From Kiritimatiellia bacterium (GTDB taxonomy: Bacteria; Verrucomicrobiota; Kiritimatiellia; RFP12; JBMNHG01), in NCBI GenBank assembly GCA_050950285.1, contig JBMNHG010000006.1, positions 479,167-535,944 on the forward strand: a DNA stretch of 56,778 nt, written 5' to 3'. This document shows positions 39,385 to 49,912 of the stretch, piece after piece. Position 1 is the stretch's first letter; every line of letters starts with the position of its first letter. The notes under the pieces were generated by a model that searched no databases, had not been told where the DNA came from, and worked only from the letters and a program-made list of their open reading frames with translations. Made by a program: the position numbers and the translations under genes.

Positions 39385-41160
39385 ATGAAAAACCTCCTTG
39401 TGATTCTCGCCGCCGTCGTGGTCGTCGCCCTTCCCTTCCTCTTCCGCCGGCCTCCAGATGCCGGGACGTGGCGCAAAGGCGACCCCGTGCTCGTGGCGGT
39501 CTCGCCCCACAACGAAGCCATCCGCCTGGAGTTCGCCGACGCCTTCAGCCGCTGGCATCACGAGACGTACGGGCAGCCCGTGCGCATCGAATGGATCTCC
39601 ATCGGAGGAACCACGGAGATCATGCGCTACCTCGTCTCCGAGTACGTGGGCTCCGCGCAGGCATGGTGGCGCCGCGAGGGGCACGACTGGCCCCCGGGAG
39701 CCACGGACCGCCTCCTCGACGACTCCTTCGATCCCTCCACCCCGCCGCCCGGCGCGGACGGCGACGCCCTGCGGCGCTGGGAGGAGCTTCGCGATTTGTG
39801 GACCGCCTTCCGTGCGACGGACGACCCCGCCGCCGCATCGAGCCGCATCGACATCTTCTTCGGCGGCGGCACCTACGACCACGGCGTTGCCGCGCGCCAG
39901 GGGCTCGTCGTGAACCCCTGGCCGGACGGCGCACCCGCCGGCCTCTTCGAAGACGAGGAGGGGCGCGTGGTCATCCCCCGCTCCCTCAGCGGGGAGGTCT
40001 GGCGCGACGACCTCTACTTCGGCACGGTCCTCAGCACCTTCGGCATCTGCTGCAATCCCGACCGCCTGCGCGACCTCGGCTTCGACGAAGGCTGGCTCCC
40101 GCAGCGGTGGGACGACCTCGCCGACCCGCGCCTGCGCGGCCACGTGGGCCTCACCGACCCCACGAAGAGCGGCAGCGTGGCCAAGGCCTTCGAGATGATC
40201 GTCCAGTACAAGTGCCGCGCCCACATGCGCGCCGCCGGATACGACGACGCCACCGTCGCGCGCTGCGAGGCGGCCATCGCCGCCGCGAAACTCCCCCCCG
40301 GCGAAGTGCCCGAAGGCGTTCCCGCCGACTACCAGCGGGAGGTCGAGGCCGGCTTCTTCGAAGGCGTGAACCTCCTGCGGCGCATCGGCGCGAACGCCCG
40401 GTACTTCACCGATTCCGCCAGCCGCGTGCCCATCGACGTCTCGGGCGGTTCCGCCGCCGTCGGCATCGCCATCGACTTCTACGCGCGCTTCCAGGCGGAG
40501 TGCAGCCGCGCCCCGGACGGCACGCCGCGCATGGTGTACGTGACGCCCGCCGGCGGCTCGAGCGTGAGCGCGGACCCCATCAGCCTGCTCCGCGGCGCGC
40601 CGCACCGCGAACTGGCCGTGCGCTTCATCGAGTTCACCCTCGGGAGGGAGGGCCAGAAGCTCTGGAATTCCCGCGTCGGGACACCCGGAGGCCCCACGCG
40701 CTTCGCCCTGCGCCGCCTCCCGATCCGCCGCGACTTCTATCCCGCCTCCGGCGTCCCGGAATGGGAGGCCTTCGCGGACGGCATCGCCGCGAACGCCAGC
40801 GACCCCGTGGCCGCCCCCTCCGTGAACCCCTACGTGATCGCCGAAGACTTCGTGTATGAACCACGCTGGACGGGCCGCCACTTCGGCATCCTGCGCGACC
40901 TCGTCCGCGCGATGTGCCTGGACTCCGGCGACGAGCTCCGCTCCTCCTGGGCCGCCATCCAGAAGGCGGGTGGACCGGATGCGAACCCCGACGCCATCGA
41001 CGCCATCGAACGGATGCCGGACCAGCCGATCCCCTTCACCTGGAGCAGTTCCATCACCGCCTACCGGAAGGTCCCGCGCATGGATCGCCTGCGCGAATGG
41101 ACGGCCTTCTTCCGGCGCCAATACGGCGAAGCCGCCCGCCTCGCCAAATCGAAGCCATGA
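39385..41160 (+). CDS. ABC transporter substrate-binding protein (AfuA/FbpA-like, long form)
   Basis: N-terminal TM anchor; SPHNE.IR.EF, DIFFGGG, P..WDDLADP, DPTKSGS, IDFY, DPISLL.GAP; alternative start 39367. Confidence 0.8.
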   Translation: MKNLLVILAAVVVVALPFLFRRPPDAGTWRKGDPVLVAVSPHNEAIRLEFADAFSRWHHETYGQPVRIEWISIGGTTEIMRYLVSEYVGSAQAWWRREGHDWPPGATDRLLDDSFDPSTPPPGADGDALRRWEELRDLWTAFRATDDPAAASSRIDIFFGGGTYDHGVAARQGLVVNPWPDGAPAGLFEDEEGRVVIPRSLSGEVWRDDLYFGTVLSTFGICCNPDRLRDLGFDEGWLPQRWDDLADPRLRGHVGLTDPTKSGSVAKAFEMIVQYKCRAHMRAAGYDDATVARCEAAIAAAKLPPGEVPEGVPADYQREVEAGFFEGVNLLRRIGANARYFTDSASRVPIDVSGGSAAVGIAIDFYARFQAECSRAPDGTPRMVYVTPAGGSSVSADPISLLRGAPHRELAVRFIEFTLGREGQKLWNSRVGTPGGPTRFALRRLPIRRDFYPASGVPEWEAFADGIAANASDPVAAPSVNPYVIAEDFVYEPRWTGRHFGILRDLVRAMCLDSGDELRSSWAAIQKAGGPDANPDAIDAIERMPDQPIPFTWSSSITAYRKVPRMDRLREWTAFFRRQYGEAARLAKSKP

Positions 41161-42116
41161 CGCACGCCCCGCTCCTCCTCCTCGCCGCCGCCGCGCTCCT
41201 GCTGTCCGCCGCCGGATGCCGTCCCGCGCCCACCGGCACACCCCCTGCGCGGCGCGCCGCTTTCCCCGTGTTTTCGGCGGAGAACGGAACGAACGCCCTC
41301 GCACGCGCGGCGGCGTTCCTCGACGCCGCGCCGTCGCGCGACGCCGGCAGCCCCGGCGCGATGGCGGCCGCCGGGTGGATCGCGGGCCAACTGCGCGAAA
41401 TGGGCATCCGATGCGCCATCGACGTCTTCCGCGACGCCGCTCCCGGCGGGGAAACCACCTTCCGGAACGTCGTGGCGGAAATCCCCTCCCCCACCACCAA
41501 CCTGCCGCCCGTCCTGTTGCTTTCGCACTTCGACACGAAGTCCGGAATCCCCGGCTTCACCGGCGCAAACGACGGCGCCTCCTCCACCGCGCTCCTGCTT
41601 GAAATCGCGTCGGTGGCCGCCGCCGGCGGCGACCTGGGCTTCCCCCTGCAGCTCGCCTTCCTCGACGGAGAGGAATGCCGCGTGGAGTACGGCCCCCAGG
41701 ACGGACTCCACGGAAGCCGCCGCCTCGCCGCCCTCGCACGGAAATCCGGCGTGGACTACCGCGCCGTCGTCGTGCTGGACATGGTCGGCGACCGCGACCT
41801 CGACGCGATGATCCCCGCCAACGGCGACCCCGGCCTCGCACGGCTCCTCCTCGCCGCCGCGAACGAATGCGGCCTCGGCGAATACGTCCGGCCGGGCGAA
41901 TTCGCGATTCTCGACGACCACCAGCCCTTCCTCGACGCAGGATACCCCGCCATCGACCTCATCGACTTCCACTACGGCTCGCAGCCCGGCCTCAACGACT
42001 ACTGGCACACGGACGAAGACACGCTGGACAAGCTCTCCGCGACGAGCTTCGAAATCGTCGGACGCGTGGTCTTCGCCTTCCTCCGCCTCCTCGGCGAGCG
42101 CCCCGGCGGACGGTGA
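41157..42116 (+). CDS. M28-family lipoprotein, glutaminyl-cyclase-like
   Basis: Lipobox AAGC; SHFDTK, GANDGASS, LDGEE, LDMVG, DDHQPF, YWHT.ED. Confidence 0.82.
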   Translation: MTHAPLLLLAAAALLLSAAGCRPAPTGTPPARRAAFPVFSAENGTNALARAAAFLDAAPSRDAGSPGAMAAAGWIAGQLREMGIRCAIDVFRDAAPGGETTFRNVVAEIPSPTTNLPPVLLLSHFDTKSGIPGFTGANDGASSTALLLEIASVAAAGGDLGFPLQLAFLDGEECRVEYGPQDGLHGSRRLAALARKSGVDYRAVVVLDMVGDRDLDAMIPANGDPGLARLLLAAANECGLGEYVRPGEFAILDDHQPFLDAGYPAIDLIDFHYGSQPGLNDYWHTDEDTLDKLSATSFEIVGRVVFAFLRLLGERPGGR

Positions 42117-42147
42117 CGCCCCTGCAAGGCGCCCGCCATGAAACAAA

Positions 42148-42182
42148 AAACGGCGCGCCGCAAAAAAAGCGGCGCGCCGTTT
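42148..42182. terminator. Probable bidirectional terminator between convergent genes
   Basis: AAACGGCGCGCCGC-A7-GCGGCGCGCCGTTT. Confidence 0.7.
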
Positions 42183-42206
42183 CTTGTGCCCGGACGGGCG
42201 GAGGCG

Positions 42207-43307
42207 CTACTTCTGGAAGGCCTCTTCGATCGCGACGGCCACGGCGACGGTGGCGCCGACCATCGGATTGTTGCCCATGCCGATGAGGCCCATCATCTCG
42301 ACATGCGCGGGCACCGAAGAGGAGCCGGCGAACTGGGCGTCGGAGTGCATGCGGCCCATGGTGTCGGTCAGGCCGTACGAAGCGGGGCCGGCGGCCATGT
42401 TGTCCGGATGCAGCGTGCGCCCCGTACCGCCGCCGGAGGCCACGGAGAAGTAGGTGTGGCCGTTCTCCCAGCACCACTTCTTGTAGGTGCCGGCGACGGG
42501 ATGCTGGAAGCGGGTGGGGTTCGTGGAGTTGCCGGTGATCGACACGCCGACCTTCTCCAGACGCATGACGGCGACGCCTTCGGGCACGTTGTCCACGCCG
42601 TAGCAGCGCACGTCCGCGCGGGGGCCCTTCGAGAAGGCCTTCTCCGACACGACCTCCACCTCTTCGGCGGCCGGGTCGAAGCGGGTCTTCACGTAGGTGA
42701 AGCCGTTGATGCGCGAGATGATGTAGGCGGCGTCCTTGCCGAGGCCGTTGAGGATCACGCGGAGGTTCTTCCTGCGGACCTTGTTGGCGTTGAGCGCGAT
42801 CTTGATGGCGCCTTCCGCGGCGGCGAAGGATTCGTGTCCGGCGAGGAACGCGAAGCATTCCGTGGCATCGTCGAGCAGCATCGCGCCGAGGTTGCCGTGG
42901 CCAAGGCCGACCTTGCGGTTTTCGGCGACGGAACCGGGGATGCAGAAGGCCTGGAGGCCGATGCCGATGGCGGCGGCGGCGGCCTTCGCCTTCGTGCAGC
43001 CCTTCCTGATGGCGATGGCGGCGCCGACCGTGTAGGCCCACTTCGCATTCTCGAAGCAGATGGGCTGGGTCTCCTCGACAATCTTGAAGGCGTTCACGCC
43101 GGCCTTGTCGCAGATCTCCTTGCACTCGGCGATCGAGCGGATGCCGTACTCCTTGAGGACGGCAAGGATCTTGGCCTCGCGGCGCTCGTAGCCCTCGAAG
43201 AGCTTGGCGCCACCGGCCTTCCTGGCGGGCGCCTTCGCGGCGGGGGATTTCCTGGCGGGCGCCTTCGCGGCGGATGTCTTGGAAACGGTTTTCTTGGGAG
43301 TAGCCAT
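42207..43307 (-). CDS. GGGtGRT protein
   Basis: SVASGGGTGRTLHPDN, QPICFENA, GHESFAAAEGA, GNSTNPTRFQHP. Confidence 0.95.
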   Translation of the reverse strand: MATPKKTVSKTSAAKAPARKSPAAKAPARKAGGAKLFEGYERREAKILAVLKEYGIRSIAECKEICDKAGVNAFKIVEETQPICFENAKWAYTVGAAIAIRKGCTKAKAAAAAIGIGLQAFCIPGSVAENRKVGLGHGNLGAMLLDDATECFAFLAGHESFAAAEGAIKIALNANKVRRKNLRVILNGLGKDAAYIISRINGFTYVKTRFDPAAEEVEVVSEKAFSKGPRADVRCYGVDNVPEGVAVMRLEKVGVSITGNSTNPTRFQHPVAGTYKKWCWENGHTYFSVASGGGTGRTLHPDNMAAGPASYGLTDTMGRMHSDAQFAGSSSVPAHVEMMGLIGMGNNPMVGATVAVAVAIEEAFQK

Positions 43308-43344
43308 GGTTCAATTCTCCTGTTGCCAATCAAACGCTGTCGAA

Positions 43345-44037
43345 TCAGTCCTTGCGCGGGTCGATGTACCTGGCGGCGCCTTCGAACTGGCCATAGTGGC
43401 CCTTGGCCTTTTCCCAGGCCTCGTTCGGGGAGAGACCCTTCTTGATGAGGTCGGTCATGTTGCCCAGCGAGACGAACTCGTAGCCGATGATCTCGTCGTT
43501 CTTGTCGAGGGCCAGCCGCGTGCAGTAGCCTTCGGTCGTCTCGAGATAGCGGGGGCCCTTGGCCTTGGTGGCGTACATGGTGCCCACCATGGAGCGGAGA
43601 CCCTTGCCGAGGTCTTCGAGGCCGGCGCCGATGACGAGGCCGCCCTCGGAGAAGGCGGACTGGGTGCGCCCGTAGACGATCTGGAGGAAGAGTTCGCGCA
43701 TGGCGGTGTTGATGGCGTCGCACACGAGGTCGGTATTGAGGGCCTCGAGGATCGTCTTGCCCACGAGGATCTCGGAGGCCATGGCGGCGGAGTGGGTCAT
43801 CCCGGAGCAGCCGATCGTCTCGACGAGGGCCTCCTCGATGATGCCGTTCTTCACGTTGAGCGAAAGCTTGCAGGCGCCCTGCTGGGGCGCGCACCAGCCG
43901 ATGCCGTGCGTATAGCCGGAGATGTCCTTGACTTCTTTCGCCTGGACCCACTTGCCCTCTTCGGGGATGGGGGCGGGACCGTGGTTGCACCCTTTGGTCA
44001 ACGGACACTGGTGCTGGACTTCGGTGGAGTAGATCAT
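43345..44037 (-). CDS. NifU/IscU-like Fe-S scaffold protein, usual partner of GGGtGRT
   Basis: HGPAPIPEEG, GWCAPQQGACKL, GCSGMTHSA, LVCDAIN. Confidence 0.9.
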   Translation of the reverse strand: MIYSTEVQHQCPLTKGCNHGPAPIPEEGKWVQAKEVKDISGYTHGIGWCAPQQGACKLSLNVKNGIIEEALVETIGCSGMTHSAAMASEILVGKTILEALNTDLVCDAINTAMRELFLQIVYGRTQSAFSEGGLVIGAGLEDLGKGLRSMVGTMYATKAKGPRYLETTEGYCTRLALDKNDEIIGYEFVSLGNMTDLIKKGLSPNEAWEKAKGHYGQFEGAARYIDPRKD

Positions 44038-44092
44038 GGTTGTGCGTTCCTTGGGGGGGTGTTCCTTTGCTTACATTCCTTCGGGAAGGGGT

Positions 44093-45610
44093 TTATCCGC
44101 AGTGGAAGTAGGTCTTGACGAGCCGGGCCATCGCGGACTGGCTCTTGGAGACCCGGACGCGGAGGGCTTGGTCCTGGAAGGCCTTGAGCTGGGCGACGAT
44201 GCCGTCGATCATGGCCGGGGTGAAGACGCCGAACTCCTCGTAGACCTTGCGCTGCTTCTGGAGGCAGTGGGCGGAGGCCCAGCAGCTGTCGGGAAGCGTG
44301 GCGAGTTTCTTGAGGAGGCCGGCGTTCTCCTTTTTGTGGATGTCGACGTTCACATAGGTGGCGTCGGCGCGCTTCACGCCGTCCTTGAACGAGAAGCCGT
44401 GACGGCAGGCCACGGCGAGAGCGGCCATGAGCAGGTAGACGTTGGCGGAGGCGTCGGGCGAACGCAACTCCACGGTCTGTTTCTGGCTGGTGTCGTAGGC
44501 GCCGGCCTTCTCGTTCGGGTTGGCCTGGCGGCAGAGGTCGGCCTGGCTGGTCCACCCCAGCGGGACGCGCACGAGCACGGAGCGGTTGCGGTCGCCCCAG
44601 CAGACGTTCGTGGGGGCCTCCTGGTGCGGCACGAGGCGCAGGTAGGAGGTGGGGTTCATGTTGCCGAAGGCGGTGATCGAAGGGGCGAGGTCCATCATGC
44701 CGGCGATGGCGCGCTTCGCGGTGTCGGAGATGACGCCGCCCCGGAGCATCTGGTTCCGGCCGTCCTTCATGATGCGCACGTGGATGTGGAGACCCGACCC
44801 GGCCTTGCCCGCCGTGATCTTCGGCGCGAAGGTCACGTCGAGGCCGAACCGCTCGCCGAGGTTGCGGATCACCCACTTGGCGACCGTGAGCTGGTTGGCG
44901 GCGGATTCGGCGGAGCACGGCAGGAATTCGATTTCGTTCTGCTCGTAGCGCCTGCCCCTCTGCGTGAAGTTCCCGACTTCGCTGTGGCCGTACTTGATCA
45001 GGCCGCCCGTCCGGGCGATGTACAGCATGCACTGCTGGCGGAAGTCGTTGAACTTCGCGAAGGGGGAGGACTCGTGGTACCCCTTCTGGTCGGCGACCTG
45101 GAAGGTGTCCCGGTCGTCGGCGATCACGTAGTACTCGAGCTCGCCCATCGCCTGGAACTCCATGCCCGTCTCCTTCCGGAAGGCCTCGCACGCCTTGTGA
45201 AGGGTGTATTCGGGAGAGGATTCGAGGGGACGGCCGTCCTTGTCGAAAAACGAGCAGAGCAGGCAGAGCGTGGGCAGAGCGGCGAAGGGATCGAGGAACG
45301 CGCTGGAGTAGCGCGGCACCACGTAGAGGTCCGAGGAGGAGGCCTCGATGTACGAGAAGAGCGAAGACCCGTCCACGCGCTCGCCGCAGGTGAGGATTTC
45401 ATCGAGGTAGGCGCCGTCGTTGACCACGAAGTTGAGCGTCTTCAGGCGCCCGTCGCCACCCGCGTACATGAAGTTGACATGTCGGATGCCCTCCTCCTGG
45501 ATGAAGGTGGCGATGTCCTGCCTGGTGAACTCGTCGCAGGGCTTCTGGAACCGTTCGACGAGGATGTTGGCGTTCATCGTCAGCGATGGGTTTGCTTTCT
45601 TGGCGGCCAT
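44093..45610 (-). CDS. glnA: Glutamine synthetase family protein
   Basis: DGSS, ELEYY, HSEVG..EQNEIE, FAPK..G.AGSGLH.H, SYLRLVPHQEAP, NRS..RVP, ELRSPD. Confidence 0.9.
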   Translation of the reverse strand: MAAKKANPSLTMNANILVERFQKPCDEFTRQDIATFIQEEGIRHVNFMYAGGDGRLKTLNFVVNDGAYLDEILTCGERVDGSSLFSYIEASSSDLYVVPRYSSAFLDPFAALPTLCLLCSFFDKDGRPLESSPEYTLHKACEAFRKETGMEFQAMGELEYYVIADDRDTFQVADQKGYHESSPFAKFNDFRQQCMLYIARTGGLIKYGHSEVGNFTQRGRRYEQNEIEFLPCSAESAANQLTVAKWVIRNLGERFGLDVTFAPKITAGKAGSGLHIHVRIMKDGRNQMLRGGVISDTAKRAIAGMMDLAPSITAFGNMNPTSYLRLVPHQEAPTNVCWGDRNRSVLVRVPLGWTSQADLCRQANPNEKAGAYDTSQKQTVELRSPDASANVYLLMAALAVACRHGFSFKDGVKRADATYVNVDIHKKENAGLLKKLATLPDSCWASAHCLQKQRKVYEEFGVFTPAMIDGIVAQLKAFQDQALRVRVSKSQSAMARLVKTYFHCG

Positions 45611-45654
45611 GGGCGCTCCCGGTCATCGGACAAATGGGAAAAGGGCGAAGCGGC

Positions 45655-47184
45655 TTACTCCCGGGAGGTGGCGGCATCGAAGATCGCCACGACGTCCTTG
45701 CCGGGCTCCGGGGTGGCCAGCGTCACGATCACGCCCACGATGAAACTCGCGATGAAACCGGGGACGATCTCGTAGATTCCGGTTCCGGAGAAGAAGGCGA
45801 GCCACGCGATGTCCACCACCGCGCCCGCGATGATGGCGCCAAGGGCTCCCGCGTAGTTGAAGCGGCGCCAGAAGAGCGAAAGGAGAATCGCCGGGCCGAA
45901 GGAGGCGCCGAAGAGGCCCCAGGCGTTCTCGACCATGGCCATGATGCTGGAGGCCCAGGACGTGTTGTCGCCGATGCCCGTGGAGGCGATGTAGAAGGCG
46001 ACCAGCGTGACCACGACGACCACGGCGCGGCCAATCCACATCATCTCGCTGTTGGAGGCCTTGTTCTTGCGGACGACCGGCTGGTAGAAGTCGCTGGAGA
46101 ACGACGACGAGGCAACCAGCAACTGCGAGTCCGCCGTGCTCATCGACGCGGCAAGGATGGCCGCGAGGAGAATGCCCGCCACGGCCCCGGGGAAGATGTT
46201 GTTCATGATTTCGATGAACACCATCTGCTGCGTGCCGGCCGGCAGCAGCTTGGCGGCGAGCGATTCGGTTCCCGAAAGCAGGAAGGTGCGTCCCATGATG
46301 CCGATCGCGATCGCGGCGCCAAGCGAGAGCACCACCCAGATGCAGGCGATCCAGGCGGACTTTTTCACCATGGACGCCTCCTTGATGCCCATGAAGCGCA
46401 CGACGATGTGCGGCATGCCGAAGTAGCCAAGACCCCACCCCAGGCCCGAGACGATGTCCCTCCAGTCCGAAGTGAAGGGATTGTTTCCAAAGGGCTTGAT
46501 GCCTTCGGCGAATGCGCCCGCATATTGGGGGTCGAACGCGAAACCGGGAGCATACGTACGGAACGAAACCATCACCAGCGGCACGAGCAAGAGGGCGAAA
46601 AGCATCAGGAGCCCCTGGTAGAAGTCGGTCCAGCAAACCGCCTTGTAGCCGCCGAGGAAGGTGTAGAGGAGGACGATCACGGCGAAGATGGCCATCGCAA
46701 GGAGTTCCTTGCCAACAAGAGCCGGGCAAACGCTCAGGAAGACGTTGGCGCCCGCCACAAAGGCACTCGCCACGTACACGGTGAAGGCGATGAGGAAGAT
46801 GATGGCGCAGACGACCTTCAACGCGGGGTTGGCGGTCGCGAAGCGGTTGGTGAGGTACTGCGGCAGCGTGATGGAGTCGGCCGAAGCCTCGGAGAAATGG
46901 CGCAGGCGGCGCGCCACGAGCACCCAGTTGGCAATCGTGCCGATGGCCAGGCCGATGCCGATCCAGACCTTGCCCATCCCGAAGGCGAGGATGGAGCCGG
47001 GGAAGCCCATCAGAAGCCAGCCGGACATGTCGGAGGCCTGGGCGGACATCGCCGTCACCCACGGGCCAAGCGAACGGCCGCCAAGGAAGTATTCCTTCTC
47101 GCCGCCTTCCTTGGAATGGACGAAGAAGTAGATTCCAATGGCGAGCATGGCCACGAAATAGAGGACAAACACGAGGATTTGCAT
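45655..47184 (-). CDS. putP: Sodium/proline symporter (SSS family)
   Basis: YFLGGRSLGPWVTAMSAQASDMSGWLLMGFPG, GGYKAVCWTD, WGLGYFGMPH, MSTADSQLL. Confidence 0.9.
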   Translation of the reverse strand: MQILVFVLYFVAMLAIGIYFFVHSKEGGEKEYFLGGRSLGPWVTAMSAQASDMSGWLLMGFPGSILAFGMGKVWIGIGLAIGTIANWVLVARRLRHFSEASADSITLPQYLTNRFATANPALKVVCAIIFLIAFTVYVASAFVAGANVFLSVCPALVGKELLAMAIFAVIVLLYTFLGGYKAVCWTDFYQGLLMLFALLLVPLVMVSFRTYAPGFAFDPQYAGAFAEGIKPFGNNPFTSDWRDIVSGLGWGLGYFGMPHIVVRFMGIKEASMVKKSAWIACIWVVLSLGAAIAIGIMGRTFLLSGTESLAAKLLPAGTQQMVFIEIMNNIFPGAVAGILLAAILAASMSTADSQLLVASSSFSSDFYQPVVRKNKASNSEMMWIGRAVVVVVTLVAFYIASTGIGDNTSWASSIMAMVENAWGLFGASFGPAILLSLFWRRFNYAGALGAIIAGAVVDIAWLAFFSGTGIYEIVPGFIASFIVGVIVTLATPEPGKDVVAIFDAATSRE

Positions 47185-47290
47185 GGATTGACCTGTTTTG
47201 CGGCGCGCCGCGGAAAGAGAGGCCACCCCCCCTGCCCTGGCGCGCCCGGTTTCGATGGAGGGAGGAACGGTTGAGGGTGCGAAAGCGGCA

Positions 47291-47320
47291 AGGATAGCAC
47301 AAGAGCCGACAGGATGACAA
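47291..47320 (-). promoter_or_regulatory. Putative putP promoter
   Basis: TTGTCA-18 nt-TATCCT with extended TG on the minus strand. Confidence 0.45.
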
Positions 47321-47684
47321 AGGAAAACCGCGCGGAAACCGCGCGAAGTGACATTGACATTCGGCCGGAGGGTGCGGCAGAGGGCCGGAACGAGCGGGCG
47401 GGGACACCCACCCTCCCGGTTGCGCACGCACAAGGCACGCACTCGGCTCGCCCCATACGGCAGCGCTGACGATTCCGGCCAGCCGCGAAAAACTCGATTT
47501 TCCCTCCACTTTTGCTGTTGTACACTTTGCGCCCCCCTGTTATCCTTGGCCTTACTTGGCTGGGGCATTGTCTTTGACAATGACTTGCCAAATGAGCAAG
47601 TTGGGCATGTGCGCTTGGAAACGCCCACCTCTTGGGCGAAGGCGGCGTGCTCAAAAGTGTTGCTTTAAATCGCGTGTAGTTAGC

Positions 47685-49912
47685 ATGACAGTGTATGCCC
47701 GTATAAACCTTGGTGCCGAACGGTGTATGTGGCAGACGCAGGAGGCGCACGAGACAGCCGTCGCCTCTATCGCCGCCACTTTTGCAAGTGTGTTCGGTGC
47801 CGCCGAATGGGGAAAGGCTATTGGCTTTCTCCATGATCTCGGCAAAAGACGGAAACCTTTTCAAGATATGCTGAAAGGTTTGCGTGCCAAGGGAGTAGAC
47901 ACTCAACACGCGAAGTATGGGGCAGCCACAGCTTTTGCTAACGAGTCGCTACCGCTGGCCTTTGCCATTGCCGGTCATCATGCCGGTTTGCACGATCTTG
48001 ATTCACTGCAAACGCTCGTCGAGAGTGTAGATGCGCTTCCACTGCCACCATTGTTTAAGTTCCCGGCGATTGACTCGGTTGTCGGAGTTCGCAATGAAAG
48101 CGTACTATCATTGGAGTTTTTTACCCGGGTACTCTTTTCCTGCCTGATTGATGCAGATCGCTTAGACGCCGCCTTTTGGGAAACACTGGGGCCACGCACT
48201 GTTGAGCTGGCAAACCCTATGATTCCCTTTGAAGCCGACGTGCTCCTCGAACGTACGATCACCGAACGCAATAGCAAGCGTGCGGCAAGCAGGCCCAGCC
48301 ATCTGTCAACCATTCGCAACCAGATTTTTGATGCCTGTATATCCGCTGGCGAACTCGGCAGGGGGTTTTTCTCGCTAACAGTGCCTACCGGAGGAGGGAA
48401 AACCTTGGCCGGTATGGCCTTTGCGTTGGCTCACGCCAAGCGTCACAAATTGCGCAGAGTGATTGTTGTCATCCCATATCTTTCCATCATTGAGCAGAAC
48501 GCTGCCGAATATCGCCGGTTTCTTGATCCTGAGAAGAAGGGGATTGTTCTGGAGTGCCATTCGTCCGTGAAACCAAGCCCAAAGGCAACGGACGAGGAAA
48601 TCACCCGCCTTGAACTTATTACTGAGAATTGGGATGCTCCCGTCATTGTAACGACATCCGTCCAGTTTATTGAATCCCTCTTCGCCGCCTCTCCTTCGCG
48701 TGCCCGCAAGCTACACAACATTGCCAATTCGGTTGTCCTTTTCGACGAGGTTCAGACACTACCGACTGCCCTTCTGACGCCTACTCTTTCAGTATTTAGA
48801 GAACTGGCGGCGAATTATGGCGTAAGTTTTGTCTTTAGCTCAGCAACGCAGCCCGCATTCCGCAGGTCGTCCAATCTGGCCGATGGATTCGCGCCCAATG
48901 AAATTCGCGAGATTGCGCCAGCGCCTAACGCCATATTCAAGACGCTACAACGTGTTAACTACGTGTTTGAGAAGGAGCCGATGGACTGGGATGTTCTCTC
49001 GGATATTCTTGCCAAGACACCACAGTGTCTCTGCGTGGTCAACTTGACCCGGCACGCATACGAGCTATGGTGCAAGCTTAACGATAAAATTTGCTCTCCC
49101 TCTCCCAAGCCGCTTCACCTCTCGGCGGCAATGTGTCCTGCCCATCGGCTTGCTGTCATTCGATGCATACGACGTGCCCTGAAGGCCGGCCGCCCCTGCC
49201 GCGTGGTCTCCACGCAACTCGTGGAGGCGGGCGTGGACGTGGACTTCCCGGTCGTGTGGCGCGCCATGGGCCCTCTGGACTCCATCGTGCAAGTCGCGGG
49301 ACGATGCAACCGCGAAGGAGCGCCCGATAGAGGAACTGTTCACGTATTTACCCCCGTGGACAATCAGACTTCCCAGGAGGCATCTACAGCACCGCCACGG
49401 ATCAAGCTGCCGTCACTTTGGCAGAACTGCGTAAAACATCAACAGGCAAAGACACCGACGAAGTTGTATCCGAGGCTCTTGCAACAAAACCAGAAGTTTT
49501 CACGTCCTATTTCAACTCACTGTTTCAACTGGCTAACACTGATGGTGCCAAGATTCAAGATGACCGCACCTGTTTCCGCTTTCGTACGGTTTCGGAAAAG
49601 GCCGTTGTCATCAAAGACAGCGGCACACCTGTAATCATCCCGATCGGCCATGCCAAGCGTGTCATACAGAGGATACGAGAGCGTGTGCCGACCTCGGGCG
49701 AGGCCCGCTTTACGCGCAACGACCTACGCGCTTTGCAGCGTTACATGGTGAATGTGCGACACAATGACTTCCTGTTCTTCCAGAAACACGAGCTTTTAAA
49801 AGAACTCCTGCACAACCTTGAGGTTTACGTTTTGAACGCAGCACAGTATCACCCTAAACTTGGGCTGCTTAAGCCTGACCAGTCTCCACCAATGGAGGAT
49901 TTCATCCAATGA
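47685..49912 (+). CDS. cas3: CRISPR-associated HD nuclease/helicase Cas3, with -1 frameshift near 49370
   Basis: LHDLGK, GHHAGL, DADRLD, PTGGGKT, DEVQ, SAT, STQLVEAGVDVDF, QVAGRCNREG; continues as PGGIYSTATDQA... in the frame of ORF 49418..49912. Confidence 0.92.

Noticed and set aside
30522..40859. Long ORFs 30522..33662 (+), 36702..40859 (+) and similar
   Set aside because: They span several well-supported genes in other frames or strands; shadow ORFs
47440..47640. Degenerate mini-CRISPR (CreA/scaRNA-like) upstream of cas3
   Set aside because: Only vague similarity (CGCCCCA, TTGGAAAC); no convincing repeat-spacer-repeat unit
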